Origin: Gnetum montanum
Taxonomy: Eukaryota; Plantae; Gnetophyta
DNA: 64,000 bases
Direction of reading: 5' to 3'
NCBI GenBank assembly: GCA_015680685.1
Contig: MNCI01001065.1
Span: forward strand, 74,857 to 138,856
Position 1 is the first letter of the stretch. Each line of letters starts with the position of its first letter. The notes beneath the pieces are model-generated. The model searched no databases and was not told where the DNA came from. It was given only the letters and a program-made list of their open reading frames with translations. Made by a program: the position numbers and the translations under genes. Below, piece by piece: positions 23,040-36,916 of the stretch.

Positions 23040-26000
23040 TCATTTCACTCTAAGAAAACAATGATCTTCATATTTTCTAAACTATATCCCAAGAAGGATT
23101 CAAATGAAGTTGACAGCCAATCCATCCCCAACTTTCCTAGTCAAAAAATACTTTCAATTTTACGAACTATCATAAGATTTCTAAACTCCTACAAAGCGTT
23201 AATTTGTTCTTTAATCCTACATATTATACTAGTGATACAAGCCAACATGTAAAATGCTTTGAAACCCTGCTAGGCATCTATAATATCACTAAAAATGATA
23301 TAGCATGTAGAGTCTTTAGGATTACTTTTAAAAGTAAAGTCACACAATGGTTTTTAATATTTTCTAATGCTTCTATTAATTCATAGCTAGACTTTAAATA
23401 TAAGTTTCTACTTCCATTTGATAAGTTTACTAATATTACCTTCACCTCAAGCAAGTTCATGAGAATAAGAAAATTACTCAGGAAAATGTTAATGATTATA
23501 ATTTAAAATTTCTCCATCAACTAGCCTATGTGTCAAATAAAATATGTCCTCAACTTGATGGTATTCTCAACTTTTACCTCTCTACCATTGATCCATTCTT
23601 TTCCTATGTCATCAAATATGATCATAGCATAATAGAATTGCAAGGCACAATGACTAAAGCATTGGAACTAGAACATATTACCCTAATGAAAAGCCTTCAA
23701 AGTCAATTTGGGATGACTAGTATTAGCAATCCTATGTAGTCTAGTTCCTGTCCATCACAAACTTTTCCAATGAAAAATATTATGTTTCAAACTACTACTC
23801 CCCTCTAAGCATCCCAACCTACAAATGATTATTTTTAACATCTAATATCTTCTTCATTTTTACCATCAAATACTAGTTTAAATGACACTTAATCAAAAGA
23901 ATTAATCTAATAAATCATAAACCCAAATGGAGCATCTAATCCTTATAGATCTACTAATTAAATAGAGAATTAGTAGAACCAAATCATCCAAATATTAACT
24001 TCCAAAACTTTCAAATGAGGTAGTTAAACTAAAGCGAAATAATAAGAAGGTTCCTATATAATTTCAAAAACTAAGCATATCAATCAAGGATTCTTATTGT
24101 TACCTTAATAATGTTAGGCAACATTTTGAGAAAACTTGTTCTTACCTTTTAGCATTATATGATGACAATACTCAAAATCAACAAAATGGAAAAGCCTCAA
24201 TTATGTTTCTTAATATTCCTCATTAAAAAAGAAATGAAGAAGTTACCTCATATGAACAAGTCATTATGAGTGATCCTAACCCACATAACACTTGGTACTA
24301 TAGACTTAGTAACATTTTGAATACTAATCAATAACAAACTAGGAACAATACTTATACTACTCCAAACAAAAGGTTTCCTAGTCAAAATATCACAAATTAC
24401 CAAATGGGACCATATTAAGTAAATGTTCAACAAAAATTAAATCCATCTTCTATACTTAGAAGAAACCGACCTCAACATGAAATTTGACATGAACACAAAT
24501 TTTATGCTTTAGTTAAGGATTTGAAAAGAGTCAAAGACAATATTTTAATGTATGATCTTCTACATTTTGATGAAACAAAAGATGTTATCTAAAAAATAGT
24601 TTATGCATTTGAAACCAACAAAGAAAAATCTTCAACAATTGAAAAACAAGTTCATTTTATAGAAAGTCCTAATGCTTTATCAATACAAAACTCAAGCAAT
24701 TTTATGTTAAACAAGAAAGATCAACCTCCTTTAATAAAAATCTTGATTATTTTAGATAAGAATGTTTATAACTACTTAATGGATTCTAGTGAAGTGTTTA
24801 GATAAGAAGTGTGATACAACTTGATGGATCCAACATACCTATGGTAGGGTAATTAATAGAAGTCAAAGTGCAACTAAAATAATACCCCACTTTCACATGT
24901 TATATGGATATTTCAGTAGTTGACATGTCACTCACTTATGGTGTGCTTTTATCAAGGACTTTCAAAGCCAAGTTTGTGGGCTTCTTTAGATTAGATTTTT
25001 TAGAACTATTAATTCCTATCAAAGAAAGATATGAATATATTTTTATACCTAGATAACCCTTTTATAAACATGTGGTAATAAATTTTAATCAACAAAATTA
25101 ACTCTTTGAAAACCAAAATAATAATCTTTTTATTAGAGTTACTAAAGCTGAACTTGGCAAGTATGTTATAAATGATAAGTGACATTCCAAAAATAAATCC
25201 TTTTACTCATACATATTCCATCTAATATTATTAAGCTTTTAGAGAATTTGAAGAAATTTATGATGATATCTTACCTTATTATCAATAGGATGGAAAATTT
25301 CCTTTTTGGTGACCCTCCACTATTAGGAAAATAAAAAATATAAATGAGATTCTAACTATTGAAATATTAAAAGATGAGCTAAATTTTAATGATGATCATT
25401 GTGATATCAATCAAAGGATCAATTTTTCAGATTTTGCTAACTTAAACAATTGGATATTAAGACTAGATGATGCCTCTTCTAAGAAAGGATGTGGAGCTAG
25501 AATAATGCTTATACCTTCTAGTGAAGCTCATATTCTTAAAGCATTTAATTTTACACAACCAATGACCAAAAAAATTGTCGAGTATGAAGTACTTATATAT
25601 GGGATCTAGCTCAATATTATGGCTTATCCAAACTAAAAATTTATAGTGATTCTCAACTCATAGTAAATTAAATTAATGGAGCTTTTTATGATAAAGATTC
25701 TATCATGAAAGCATTAAAGCTTACATCCTTGAAAATTTTACGGAATTTGGTCAAATATTTGTTAAATATATTCGTACAAAAGAAAATTATGTTCCTTATA
25801 CATTAGCTAAAATGGTCACTAATTTAGATGTTCCATTTCAATACAATGCTTAGGATTTTAAAATAATCATTCAAAAAGTTAAGTCTTACTCTATTCCAAA
25901 TAATATCATTTCTTTCCAAGTTTTTAATGATGACCATCATATTTATTAATTTTTATTTTTTGGATATGAGTGTAGTGGTAAATCATTTAAATTTTTTCAA

Positions 26001-27917
26001 ATTAATGAAGATGATATATTAAAGGATTTCATATTTTTAAATGAAATATCTCTTGAAATAGCAACTAGAAAGGCATTATTCAATGATCCAAATACCAAAA
26101 CTAAAGAAATATAAAAAAAATATTACTTGGCAAATACTAGTTGAAACAGAAATTATCTAAATTCAAAAGAAAGGATAATACTATCCTATTAAAGTAGGAG
26201 CTCACTTACATGCAGATGAAAAATAAAACTTGATTGATTTGTTATACAAATTTAATGATGTGTTAGCTTGGACTTATGAGAATCTTAAAACTTTTAATCC
26301 TCTCATGATTATGCATACTATACCTCTTAAACCCAAAACAAAACTATTTAGACAAAAACTTAGATTAGTAAACCTCAAAATTGAAACTTTGATGAAGGAA
26401 AAAATGGATAAACTTTTAGAATCTAAAATTATTTATGCTATGATACACTCAACTTGGATATCAAACTTAGTGCTAGTTAGAAAATGAACATGTGAATTAC
26501 AATTATGTATTAATTTTTGTAACCTTAATACCACTTGTATTGAGGATAATTATCCACTTCCTTTTATGGAAAAGCTTTTACAAATCATGAATGGTGCATA
26601 AACATATTCATTTTTAGATGGATATTTATGAGATACTGAAATGTTAGTAAGTAAGAAAGACTAATATAAGACTACCTTTACAATAAAATAGAAAGCTTTT
26701 CAATTCACTAAGATGTCCTTCAATCTTATCAAGGCTAACTCTACCTTTCAAAGGGCTATGAAGAAAACCTTTGAAGGATTGATTCAAAAATGTATTAATA
26801 TTTATCTAGATGATTTAACCATTTTCTCTAAAGATCAAGGTACATACCTTAGAGAACTTAGAAATATTTTCATAAGATGTAGACAATTTTGTATCACTTT
26901 GTATGCTAAGCAATCCATTTTTGGTGTTCAAAGTGGAAAATTTCTTGGTCACATAGTTGCTAAAGAAGAAAATATGATTGATCTCAAGTGAGTAAATTCT
27001 ATTCTAGAGGTACCTTATCCTTTATCTAAAATCAATTTAAGGGATTTCTTTTGGAAAATTAATTTTGTTAGACGATTTATCCCTATGTATGTTGAATTAG
27101 TTAAATCATTAAATGAGATGCTTAAAAAAATAGTAATATGCATTGGATAGAAGATAGAAAAATGTTTTTATTACCATTAAAGAATCCATTACAGATACTC
27201 CTATTCTAGCTTCACCTTAGTACAAAAATAATTTCATTTATATGCTTTTTCTAGTAATGTTACTTCTACTACTATCTTAACCCACGATATCATTAATTAG
27301 GGTGAAAAGCCAATAGATTTCATATTTGCATCTTTAAAAGATGCAAAATCAAAATATTCACCATTAGAAAAACAATTTTATGCCATAATTAAGGCTCTAA
27401 AGAAAATTCACTACTATTTACTAAATGCTAAGGTTTTAGTTATTGTTCCCGATTTACCCACCATTAGCCAAATTACAAGATCCTAGTGAAAAACATGCTA
27501 AATAGGTTATAAGATTACAAGAGTTTGATATTCAATGAAAAGTAGCCAAGTTATTAGAGAAACTGGTCTTGCTAAGCTAATAGCCAAAGCCTCAACTTTA
27601 AAAAAATTGTGATACACCTAAAGACAAGAATTAATATCATTTCACATACTATCTATTAATGAGAAGAATGATATCTCATTTGCTCTTAATTGATTACATG
27701 ATCTATGGTATGAAGATATTAAGTTTTATTCAATCTTTCATCATTATCCTTCAAACTTACATAAATATAAAAGAAAGCTTTTATTATCTAAATGTTCTAT
27801 GTTTACTTTAATTAGTGGTTAGTTGTTTAGGAAAAATTTCCAAGGAATATATCTTAAATTTTTAGACTAAGAACAAGATAACAATACTTTAAGATAATAG
27901 CATGGAAAAGGACATAT
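23040..27917 (+). pseudogene. Element D gag-PROT-aRH-RT-RH-INT(5') relic
   Basis: gag: DIACRVFRITFKSKVTQWF. PROT ~24720-25020. aRH ~25450-25820: WILRLDDASSKKGCGARI..VEYEVL..YSDSQLIV. RT: VLAWTYENLK, STFQRAM, IYLDDLTIFSK, KFLGHIV. RH: YSPLEKQFYAII. INT N-terminus up to HGKGHI. Confidence 0.9.
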
Positions 27918-30900
27918 TGGTTATCGTTGTATGTCGAAATCTTAAGGAAAATAGAGAACATAGAATATTTTTTGTGGATAATGTGTTTGCAGGACATGAA
28001 CAAGAATTCCACAATTAGATACAAGAACTCAATGAGATGAGATCTACAATGAGATGAAAAAGTAAAGACCACATAGGCAAGTTGAAAGTATGACAAGCAT
28101 GGACTAGAAATGAAGGCTACAAACCAATTGAATATGCTCTCAAGGCTAGGAAGAAGATGAATTGATAGGAGAAAGCCTTAGAAATCAAAGCCCAAGAATT
28201 AAGGAGATGTCTCCTAGAAATAGTATATGTCTCTACTCCAAGGAAGATGTCTCCCAAGAGACATCCCATAAGATATGTTCCATTTTCCAACAAGACATCT
28301 CTCTTGAATAGAGGTCATTCTTAAGTAAACATCCCAACTTTGAAGGAGAAGTTTACATTAGCCATTAGATAGCTATTGCACCAATTTTGAGGATTTTCAA
28401 AAACTCCAAGGCTATAAGAAGATACCAAATTCTTGGAAATTGTGCAAGTACTATTCACATCAAAGTAATCATTGTCATATCTAAGCTATTGTATTCTTGT
28501 TGTTCATTATATCATTTACTTGGTTGTATGTTGTATTAAGCTTCAATAACAATGACTTGTAAATTTAGTTACATTCTTTCCTTGTATCTTTTTATTTTTT
28601 CTTGGTGCCTTGTAGGGTTGATGTGCTTCTTGCAAGAAGGGATCCACATTGAGCTTGTTGGGACCTTATGGGGTTTAATGGTTTTGCAGTGTCAAAACAC
28701 TATGGAGTCAAGCTCAATTTTGTAAAGGCTGTTGTATTCTTGAAATCACATTCTAAGTTTGTTGGGACCTTGCAAGTTTAAGTGGTTTCATAGCAACAGA
28801 ACAATCTGGTGTGTAGCTAAAATCTTGCATAGGGTGTGATGCCCTTCAAATCATATTTGATTGAGAAATAAAGTTCGAAGGTGTGCACAAATTCTACCCT
28901 TTGAATGTGGAAGTACCCAATTTGGAGAACCATGTAAAATTTTATGTTTTTGTATGGTAGGTACAATTTAAATTGAAAAATTCTTCACCCCCCTCTTCTA
29001 ATTTCTCATGTGGTATTGGAGCCTAGTACTCTTACATTCGGCTTCAACTTTCAAGAGTGAACTATGGAGGGGACATCCTATACAAAGTCACCAATGTTTG
29101 ATGGGCTCAGTTTTTCTTATTGGAAGGCAATGATGCAAGGCTTCTTCGTGTCAATGAAGCTTGAGGTATGGAAGTCCATTCTTGAAGGCTACATACCACC
29201 TATCAACAATGAAATTAAGGTCATTAATCCATGAAGCAAGTGGACATCAAAAGAAAGAGATAAGTTCATGTATGATTCTAAAGCAAAAAATTGTTTATAT
29301 TATGCATTAAATAAGTTAGAATTTAATAGAGTAGATGGATGTAGAACCAAAGAAATTTGGAAAACCTTAGAATCTACCTATGAGGGCATGTCCATAGTTA
29401 AACAATCAAAGCTCTTGGTTTTGCAAAGTGAGTAGGACAAACATAAAATGAGGGAAGGAGAAAAGATAAAGGATTATTTTTCTAGGGAAAACGATCTAGT
29501 CCTAGCTATTAGGAGTCTAGAAAAATACTTGCATGAAAGTGATGTCATTATTAAAATGATTAGAACACTACAACCTAAATTTAGAACTAAGTTTACAACT
29601 ATGAAAGAAATTAGGGATTTTTCAATCTTAAAATTTGAAGAACTTCAAAGTACTCTCATTGCCTATGAGATGAACCTCATAAGTGAAGAAGCAATAAAAG
29701 AAAATTCCATTGCCCTAAAATCAACATCTAATGAAAAGGAACCAGCTAAGCAAGAGGTGAACAATGAAGAGGAAATAGGTCTTCTATCAAGAAGAGTTCA
29801 AGGCTATTAGCAAGAAAGGAAAGAAGCCTCAATCAATCAAAATCCAACCAATCCAACTCCAAAGAAAAGGATAGAGGTAAAAATTATTCAAATTCTAATT
29901 TTGATGCTTTTTCAACAGAATGTTTGGTATGTGGTGGAAGAGGTCATGTGGCCTTTGAATGTCCTAGAAATGGTAGATTATCACAAAAGAATAAGATTGG
30001 AGTGGACATAAAGAAGACCAATTTCTACACAAGTTGGGATGATGAAGAGCAAAGTGAAGAAGAGGTTAATCACACCATGAAAGATTCTTAGCTTATATGT
30101 ATGGCACTTACAAATGAAAATTCATCACATATTTCTAATGAACCAAGAGGTAAGTATTATGAGAGGTATTGTGAACTATGTGAAGAAATTCTTATCCTAC
30201 ATTATTTACTCAAAAATGTAAAGAAAAATATGAGTAGAAAGTTTTTGAAATTCATATCTTATCTTCAAAATTAAAAGATGAAATCTTATATATAAAAGTT
30301 GAGACTCAACTACTAACCCTGTTAGATGAAGAGAAATGCAGGGACAATCAAGAAGAAGGGGTAAGTAAAAATAATGAAATTCATCCTAGAAGTGAAAGCT
30401 TGGAAGAAACCCCACAAAATTATATGGGTACTAACTCAAGTATAATCAAGTTTGATGACTCTATTCTTGGAAAAAACACTTTAGTTGTTTGTAAAAATTT
30501 GGATTTAAATAAAATTATGATTGTCCTCATATTAGACAAAATAACATTGATTCTTGGTCTTGTCAAAAGAAACCTAATAAGTGTATCTTGTAGGATGAAG
30601 CAACCTAGAATGAGAATGAGCTAAAAGTTGAAAAAATATTTAGGAGAATGGATGATATAGTAGATGATCATAGATTCTCTTATCTTGAATAACATGAACA
30701 ACAAGGGCTACCATACAAAAGAACTAATGAAACAAAATCAAAGGGTAAGGAGGTACTCCATGATAGAGGACTTCATCTCAAACTTCATTAGTATTTTTCA
30801 TCTCAATATGCAAGTAAGGTAAGTCATGGTAAGTTTCTATTTCCATACTTGTTAGTTAAAATATGGGTTTGTTTTAAAATATTTTATGAATTTTTTTATG

Positions 30901-30981
30901 GAAACATATATCTTTATTCATAGGAAAGGAAATAAAAATGGTATGGCTATCTTTGATGCTTGAACTATTTATGTTGCTTAT
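27918..30981 (+). mobile_element. Copia (Sirevirus/SIRE-like) gag-only element, copy C1: LTR 27918-29008, PBS 29011-29023, gag from 29064; interrupted by element E
   Basis: LTR ends TTCACCCCCCTCTTCTAATTTCTCA; PBS TGGTATTGGAGCC (tRNA-iMet type). gag: MEGTSYTKSPMFDGLSFSYWKAMM, EIWKTLESTYEG, MREGEKIKDYF, and zinc knuckle CLVCGGRGHVAFEC. Confidence 0.9.
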
Positions 30982-31704
30982 TGTTGATACATTTAAGCCA
31001 TTTTATGGAGGAAAATTTATGAATTAATTTTTGGGTTTTATTAAAATCCAAATGTTATTGATGAATGCAAGATAGAATACAAGAATAAAAAGGAAAATTT
31101 TCATGGGAGTTTAGTTACTCTGTTTGTAAAAGGAAAATAAATTAACATGTTAATGAGAATGTAATGTGTCTACTTTCATAATCAATGGAACATGGTTTCT
31201 ATCTTAACTTCCCATTGACCTAAGTGAAAGTCTTTATAAAGAGACAGACAATAATACTATAGTTGCTAATTTTAATCAAATGGCTAAGTGGTAGATAGCA
31301 AAGGTACTTATGATCATTTAGGTTTAGTTGAAGTTTTGAAAGATGAATATATCTTCTACAAGCTAAAATATTGTGAATTTAGAAGACACTAGAATTTGCC
31401 AGTTACAGAGAGTGAATAATCATATGAACAATAAAAGAAAATTTCACAAGGTTATGGAAAAACATGGAATGCTGCTAAATTTTTCACAACTTACCATTAT
31501 TTGCACATAATGGTTTTTGAAGTATACACTATCCACTATGTAAGCTATGGAGATTTGGCTACAAGGGAGTGCAGAGTTTAACAAAAAAGCCTTTCCAAAT
31601 TCACAAATTTTTTATGAGAAACCATTAGAGCATCATCTAGAATTTAGAAATAAATAATAAAAACTCAAGCAATCACAAATGTAAATCACATCCTTGAGAA
31701 AAAG

Positions 31705-34396
31705 TGTTGGTGACCGTTTAGGACGCGACCGCCAACGAGTGGACTCGAACAGGATTTAGGTGCCTGCTGGTCTCTGGCAACACCAAGGCCTAGATACCTC
31801 CAAAGAAACTTAGTAGTTAATGTGAGTATGTGTGTGTGCTGTTGCGGCGTGTGGTTGTGTAAAATGTAACAATTGCGTTGTGTNNNNNNNNNNNNNNNNN
31901 NNNNNNNNNNNNNNNNNNNNNNNNNNNNNNNNNNNNNNNNNNNNNNNNNNNNNNNNNNNNNNNNNNNNNNNNNNNNNNNNNNNNNNNNNNNNNNNNNNNN
32001 NNNNNNNNNNNNNNNNNNNNNNNNNNNNNNNNNNNNNNNNNNNNNNNNNNNNNNNNNNNNNNNNNNNNNNNNNNNNNNNNNNNNNNNNNNNNNNNNNNNN
32101 NNNNNNNNNNNNNNNNNNNNNNNNNNNNNNNNNNNNNNNNNNNNNNNNNNNNNNNNNNNNNNNNNNNNNNNNNNNNNNNNNNNNNNNNNNNNNNNNNNNN
32201 NNNNNNNNNNNNNNNNNNNNNNNNNNNNNNNNNNNNNNNNNNNNNNNNNNNNNNNNNNNNNNNNNNNNNNNNNNNNNNNNNNNNNNNNNNNNNNNNNNNN
32301 NNNNNNNNNNNNNNNNNNNNNNNNNNNNNNNNNNNNNNNNNNNNNNNNNNNNNNNNNNNNNNNNNNNNNNNAAAAATGAAATGCATAACTCACAGGACCA
32401 TGACAAAGAGGCTGAAATCTTTATTCTAGCAAGCCATCTTGCAAGCAATCGTCACAACTTTCTTCTTTACAAAATGCTCTTCTCCCAAGACTCAAAGTAT
32501 CTCCAAGTAAGAGCCCAAGTGATAACTAGTAGCCTTCAAAATATGATGTATGAGACCCCAAGTGTGATGTGAGAAGTGATGTAAAGCCTTTTTATAGGGT
32601 TCCAAGGTAGGTAGGTAAGTTATATGTTTAAAAATATCTCACCTAACTTCTGTCCCAAGTAACTTGGCCAACCAATTAGGAGATTACTTGGCCAACAAGT
32701 TAGGAGGTTACTTGCCCAACAAGTTAGGTAAGTTACAACAACTTTGGGTGGTTTTAACCACCAAAGAAATAAAAATGCTATAGTTGACAAGTGTCCCATG
32801 TGGTTGCCAAGTGTCTTCATTCAGTTGCCAAGTGTCTTCATGTAGTTGCCAAGTGTCTTCATGCAGTTGCCAAGTGGCCCTTGTAGTTACAATATAAAAT
32901 TAAAATACAATCTTTAAGATATATAGGAATACTAGTTGTAAAGTTACAATTTCAAAATATCCCCTTTTATTTTACTTCTCCAAAATGAGATGTCAAGTCT
33001 TATAAGTGATGTATAGGGGAGTTACAATTTCAAAATATCCCAAAAATATCTCAAAAATATGTCTCCTAACTTATTTCTCAAGGAATTTGATGAACCAATC
33101 AGAAGATTACTTGTCCAACAAGCTAGGGGTAGGTTATGTGGTTAGGGAGTTAAGAAGTTATGCATAAAATGAGGAGCATTTTATGCTAACCTTAATGAAA
33201 TGTGACATAAAATAGGACAACCAATATTGCAAAATTTTTAATAGGAGTAACTTATATGTTTTAAAATAATATATTTCATAACATAAGATAATTGATGGCA
33301 GGTCTCTAAGTACTTCATGTTATGAATACTTCATATTGTGAATATATATGTATCTACATGGATATTATACTGGTTAATTTATACTCTATTTGACCATATG
33401 CTTGAGCGGTAGAAATAATTGAATAATTTTTTGGAAAAGAAACGGTGAAACGATTTTCCTTCTCTTCCCTATAAATCGCATGGAGGTTTCCTCACAGTTC
33501 CAAGGCAACAGTCTTTCTCTTATTTCTGCCCAAAACTTGCAAGAACCGACACATGTTTGCATAGAATTTGAAATGCAGCATCAGCAAAACCGCGGATTCA
33601 AACTGCCTCCGCACAAGAAGGCTCTGCAACCGTAATCCATTTTTGCCGTCGCGCGCTGGAGAGAGAGGGGTTTTTCTGAAGAACAACGTGCCCCAAACAG
33701 AGGGTTTTAATTTCTATTTTGCCCTCAAAATTAATTTAGGGCTTCCTGCATTTTTCTGTTTGCCTTTTCCTACGTTTTTTTTTTGTTGCCTCCCTACATT
33801 TTTTTTTGTTGCCGAATTTCAGGCTAATATTTTGAAGATCTTCGTCCGGCGGATCCACAGCCTGCATCATAAAAAAGAAAGAAGAAAAACACCACGGCCT
33901 GCAGGGCATAACCCCTTTCCTCACGTGTTGTGTAAATGAGGGTTTCAAAATTTGTTTCTGAGTCTGCGCTAGGGTAAACATCGCGGTGAATGGTGTTGTG
34001 CATTTTCTTGCAACACGGTCTTCTTTTCCTTCACTGTTTTTCTCTTCCGCAGGTGTAGTTTACGGTGGAGATTGATTTGCCTTCTCTTTCTCTTTTTCTT
34101 TAACCTTAAAACAATGAAGGTGTTACTGGTTTTGTTACATTTTGATTTTGTCTTGCAAGGATATATCCGGGTTTTGGACAACCGGGATCTGCAACTTTAA
34201 TAATTTCTCATGAATCACATACTCCCTTCCTTGGCCATAGTACTAATTTCTGATTTTAATAAAGAGATAATTTGGCACCTTTACCTCAACACCCAACCTT
34301 CAACATTAAAACTGAAATTTACTTGTGCCAACACAACCATAGATTCTTCCAATAAAATATTTCAACTGATCCATGGAATGGCCAAATGTGCCAAGA
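31705..34396 (-). mobile_element. Solo LTR (~2.7 kb including gap) of the TGTTGGCACATTT family inserted in the 5' LTR of E
   Basis: 5-bp TSD AAAAG (31700-31704 / 34397-34401) and termini TGTTGG...CCAA(G)A. The empty site is seen in E's 3' LTR (CCTTGAGAAAAAGAAAGATGG, ~44219-44240). rc of 31705-31805 matches E's LTR end 36420-36560. Confidence 0.9.
32790..32880. repeat. 21-bp tandem repeat (GTTGCCAAGTGTCTTCATnnn, ~4 units) in the solo LTR
   Basis: Directly visible. Confidence 0.85.
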
Positions 34397-36916
34397 AAAA
34401 GAAAGATGGATTTTTGCAAAATAATGAAAACAAACATCACCTGATTATTGCAAATGAGTAACATTGAGATTTAGAAAATAAAAATACAAACCTAAGAAAT
34501 ATTTCTCATTCAGCAAAATTAGTAGAACCCATCAGAAGAGGAGGATATTTTGAGTAAAACAAAGAATATTTAAATAATAAACAAAATTTAAAATCCCAAG
34601 CTCAGGTTCAGGGCTTCACAAATTCATGAATGGGCAACAACACCACAACAGTATTTTGTTTTAAGGTCTAACACGATGTTAGGATCAGTAAAGGAAACAT
34701 TGAAACCCCTACAATGGAGGTGTAACTAAAAAATATTTGTCGACCTTAACTACAACAATAAAGAAAAACAAGGCCTTCCTCGATTGGATCAAGCTAGAAC
34801 CCAATGCTAACACTTGTGGCTTAGGCAAAGCCATTATCAATGATAATAGCACAACAACAAGCATGTTAGCAACATGGCAATGAAGGCAATGATGATGCAA
34901 CTGGAAGACATCACCAACAAAGGGCTAGGGAGCATCTGTGGCTACTTGGTAGAAACATCAAAGTTAAAGTAGGGCAAAACAAATGATAGGGTTACCTCCA
35001 AACACAAGAAGAGGATGAACGGTGCATAGTACTAAGACCATGGGATATGAACATACCTTCAAATGATTACACATCTTACATAGATGTGTTAATGAATATC
35101 ATGTTAAGGCTATGATGCCTTAATAACATATATATATATATTGGATTAAGAAAGAAGGATTTATGAATGTGTGATAAATATAAATTTATTTTTTGAAAAA
35201 TTTTCATAGGAAGTTAGACTTAATTCTCCTTGCTATTTGTAATCTCTTATGAGACAATTGTCAACTATGGCTTAAATTTCTAATAGAAGTTACAACTTCT
35301 AAGGTGGTTATGAATTAATCCTCTAGATATTTGCAAATACCCTTAATTTTTCATAATGTTTGTAACTGCCTAGAAGCAACTATAAATAGAGCTCCAAGGG
35401 TAGAAAGAAGGGAGATTTGGAGGTGGAGCAACTTTAAAGAATATTGAAGATTTCTTATAAAGCATGGCTTGTTAAAGACATCAATTCAACTACTTTGTTT
35501 TAATCTTGTGAGTTCATTTCTTCTAATTTTTTTTTAGTTACTTAGCTAATAGTTTAGATAGTAGTGCGCTTAGCATTTAATTTTGGGATTTTTCTAGGTT
35601 ATCTTTATAGCTCTATTTTTGTGCAATATTATACTTCTATTAAGGATTTCCATATAAGAGCTTATGTTGTAGAAATGCATCTTGAGCATTTTAATAGTAA
35701 TGTATTAATGAAATTACCTCTTTGAGCATAGAGAATCTAGAAAAAACTTTGGTATTTTGAGATGACCAAAATAACTTCATTATTTTAAAGTGTATTTCTT
35801 TGGTATTTTAATCCTGAAATTGTCAAAATTTTAAGGCTCTATTGAATGCAACTCTTGACAACTATTAACTAGCCAAAATAGAAGCTCATACTTTTTTAGT
35901 TACGAAGCATTTTTGGTAGTGTAATAAGATTTTTCTTTACGAAATTACTTGTTGAGCTTAGAGGATTTGGACAATTCGTAGTTGGATTGAATAACTTTAT
36001 TATGAAGTGTTTCCTTGTGTCAATTTATCTTGCTTAAATATTTGATATTTCACACAAATCTACTTGCTTTTCTTTCTCTTTTTAAGTCCATTGAACCTTG
36101 CCCTATTTCTAGTTTTCTTGTGGAATTTTCTCTCTGGGGGAAATTAGAAGTAGATTGATACAATTGTGCTCAAATGTTTTTGTAAAATTTTATTTGTTAC
36201 AAGTAATGCACTATAAGGACTATATACACTAAGTGATTTGACAAAATAGAAACCTTCAACAACTCATAGTATTTGATAAAGTTAGTTAAATTTCTTTTAT
36301 GATAGTCAATTATAGTCAATTATAGTTACTTTGATAGTATTTGATAAACCCCACCATTTTAACATTCACAATAGCAAATACATACTTACTTTTAGTTCAT
36401 TTCATAACCACTTAGTCTATTTGGAGGTATATTGGCCTTGGTGTTTCCAAAGACCAACAAGCACCTAAACCCTATTTGAAAAACACCTTCATTTCCCATG
36501 ATCCCAACTTCGTGAGACCCAGAGGCTCACAACATTGGTGATTCCAAATGGTCAGCAATAGTTCTTTTTGTGCAGAAGGAGGGCAGAAACGTTTGTCAAC
36601 TAAGTTTATCAGCCTAATAGTCCTAGCACACCAAAAATTCTTTTGTAGCTAGGAGGGCTTAAAAATTAGATACTATTTTGGGTTCATGACCAAATAGACT
36701 TATAGTTTAGAAGAGTTAAAAGGTTCCAAAAAATTCTTGATTATAAGACTAATTACTCATTAGAGGAAGAATAGAAGAAGGTTCTTCAGTTTAGGACAAG
36801 TAGTGAAGTAAAGACTAGAAGGATAAGAAGTTCACATTTTCTATCTGGTTTATTAGTCTACAAGAGAAAGTCAAAGAAATATAAAAGTTCAACAATAAAA
36901 AAGAATTCTAATAGGA

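Noticed and set aside
34560-35100. E's U3 segment as an identifiable captured coding exon
   Set aside because: In the frames I translated (this copy and 44400-44900) I found no recognisable protein; it is only counted as unassigned U3 sequence.
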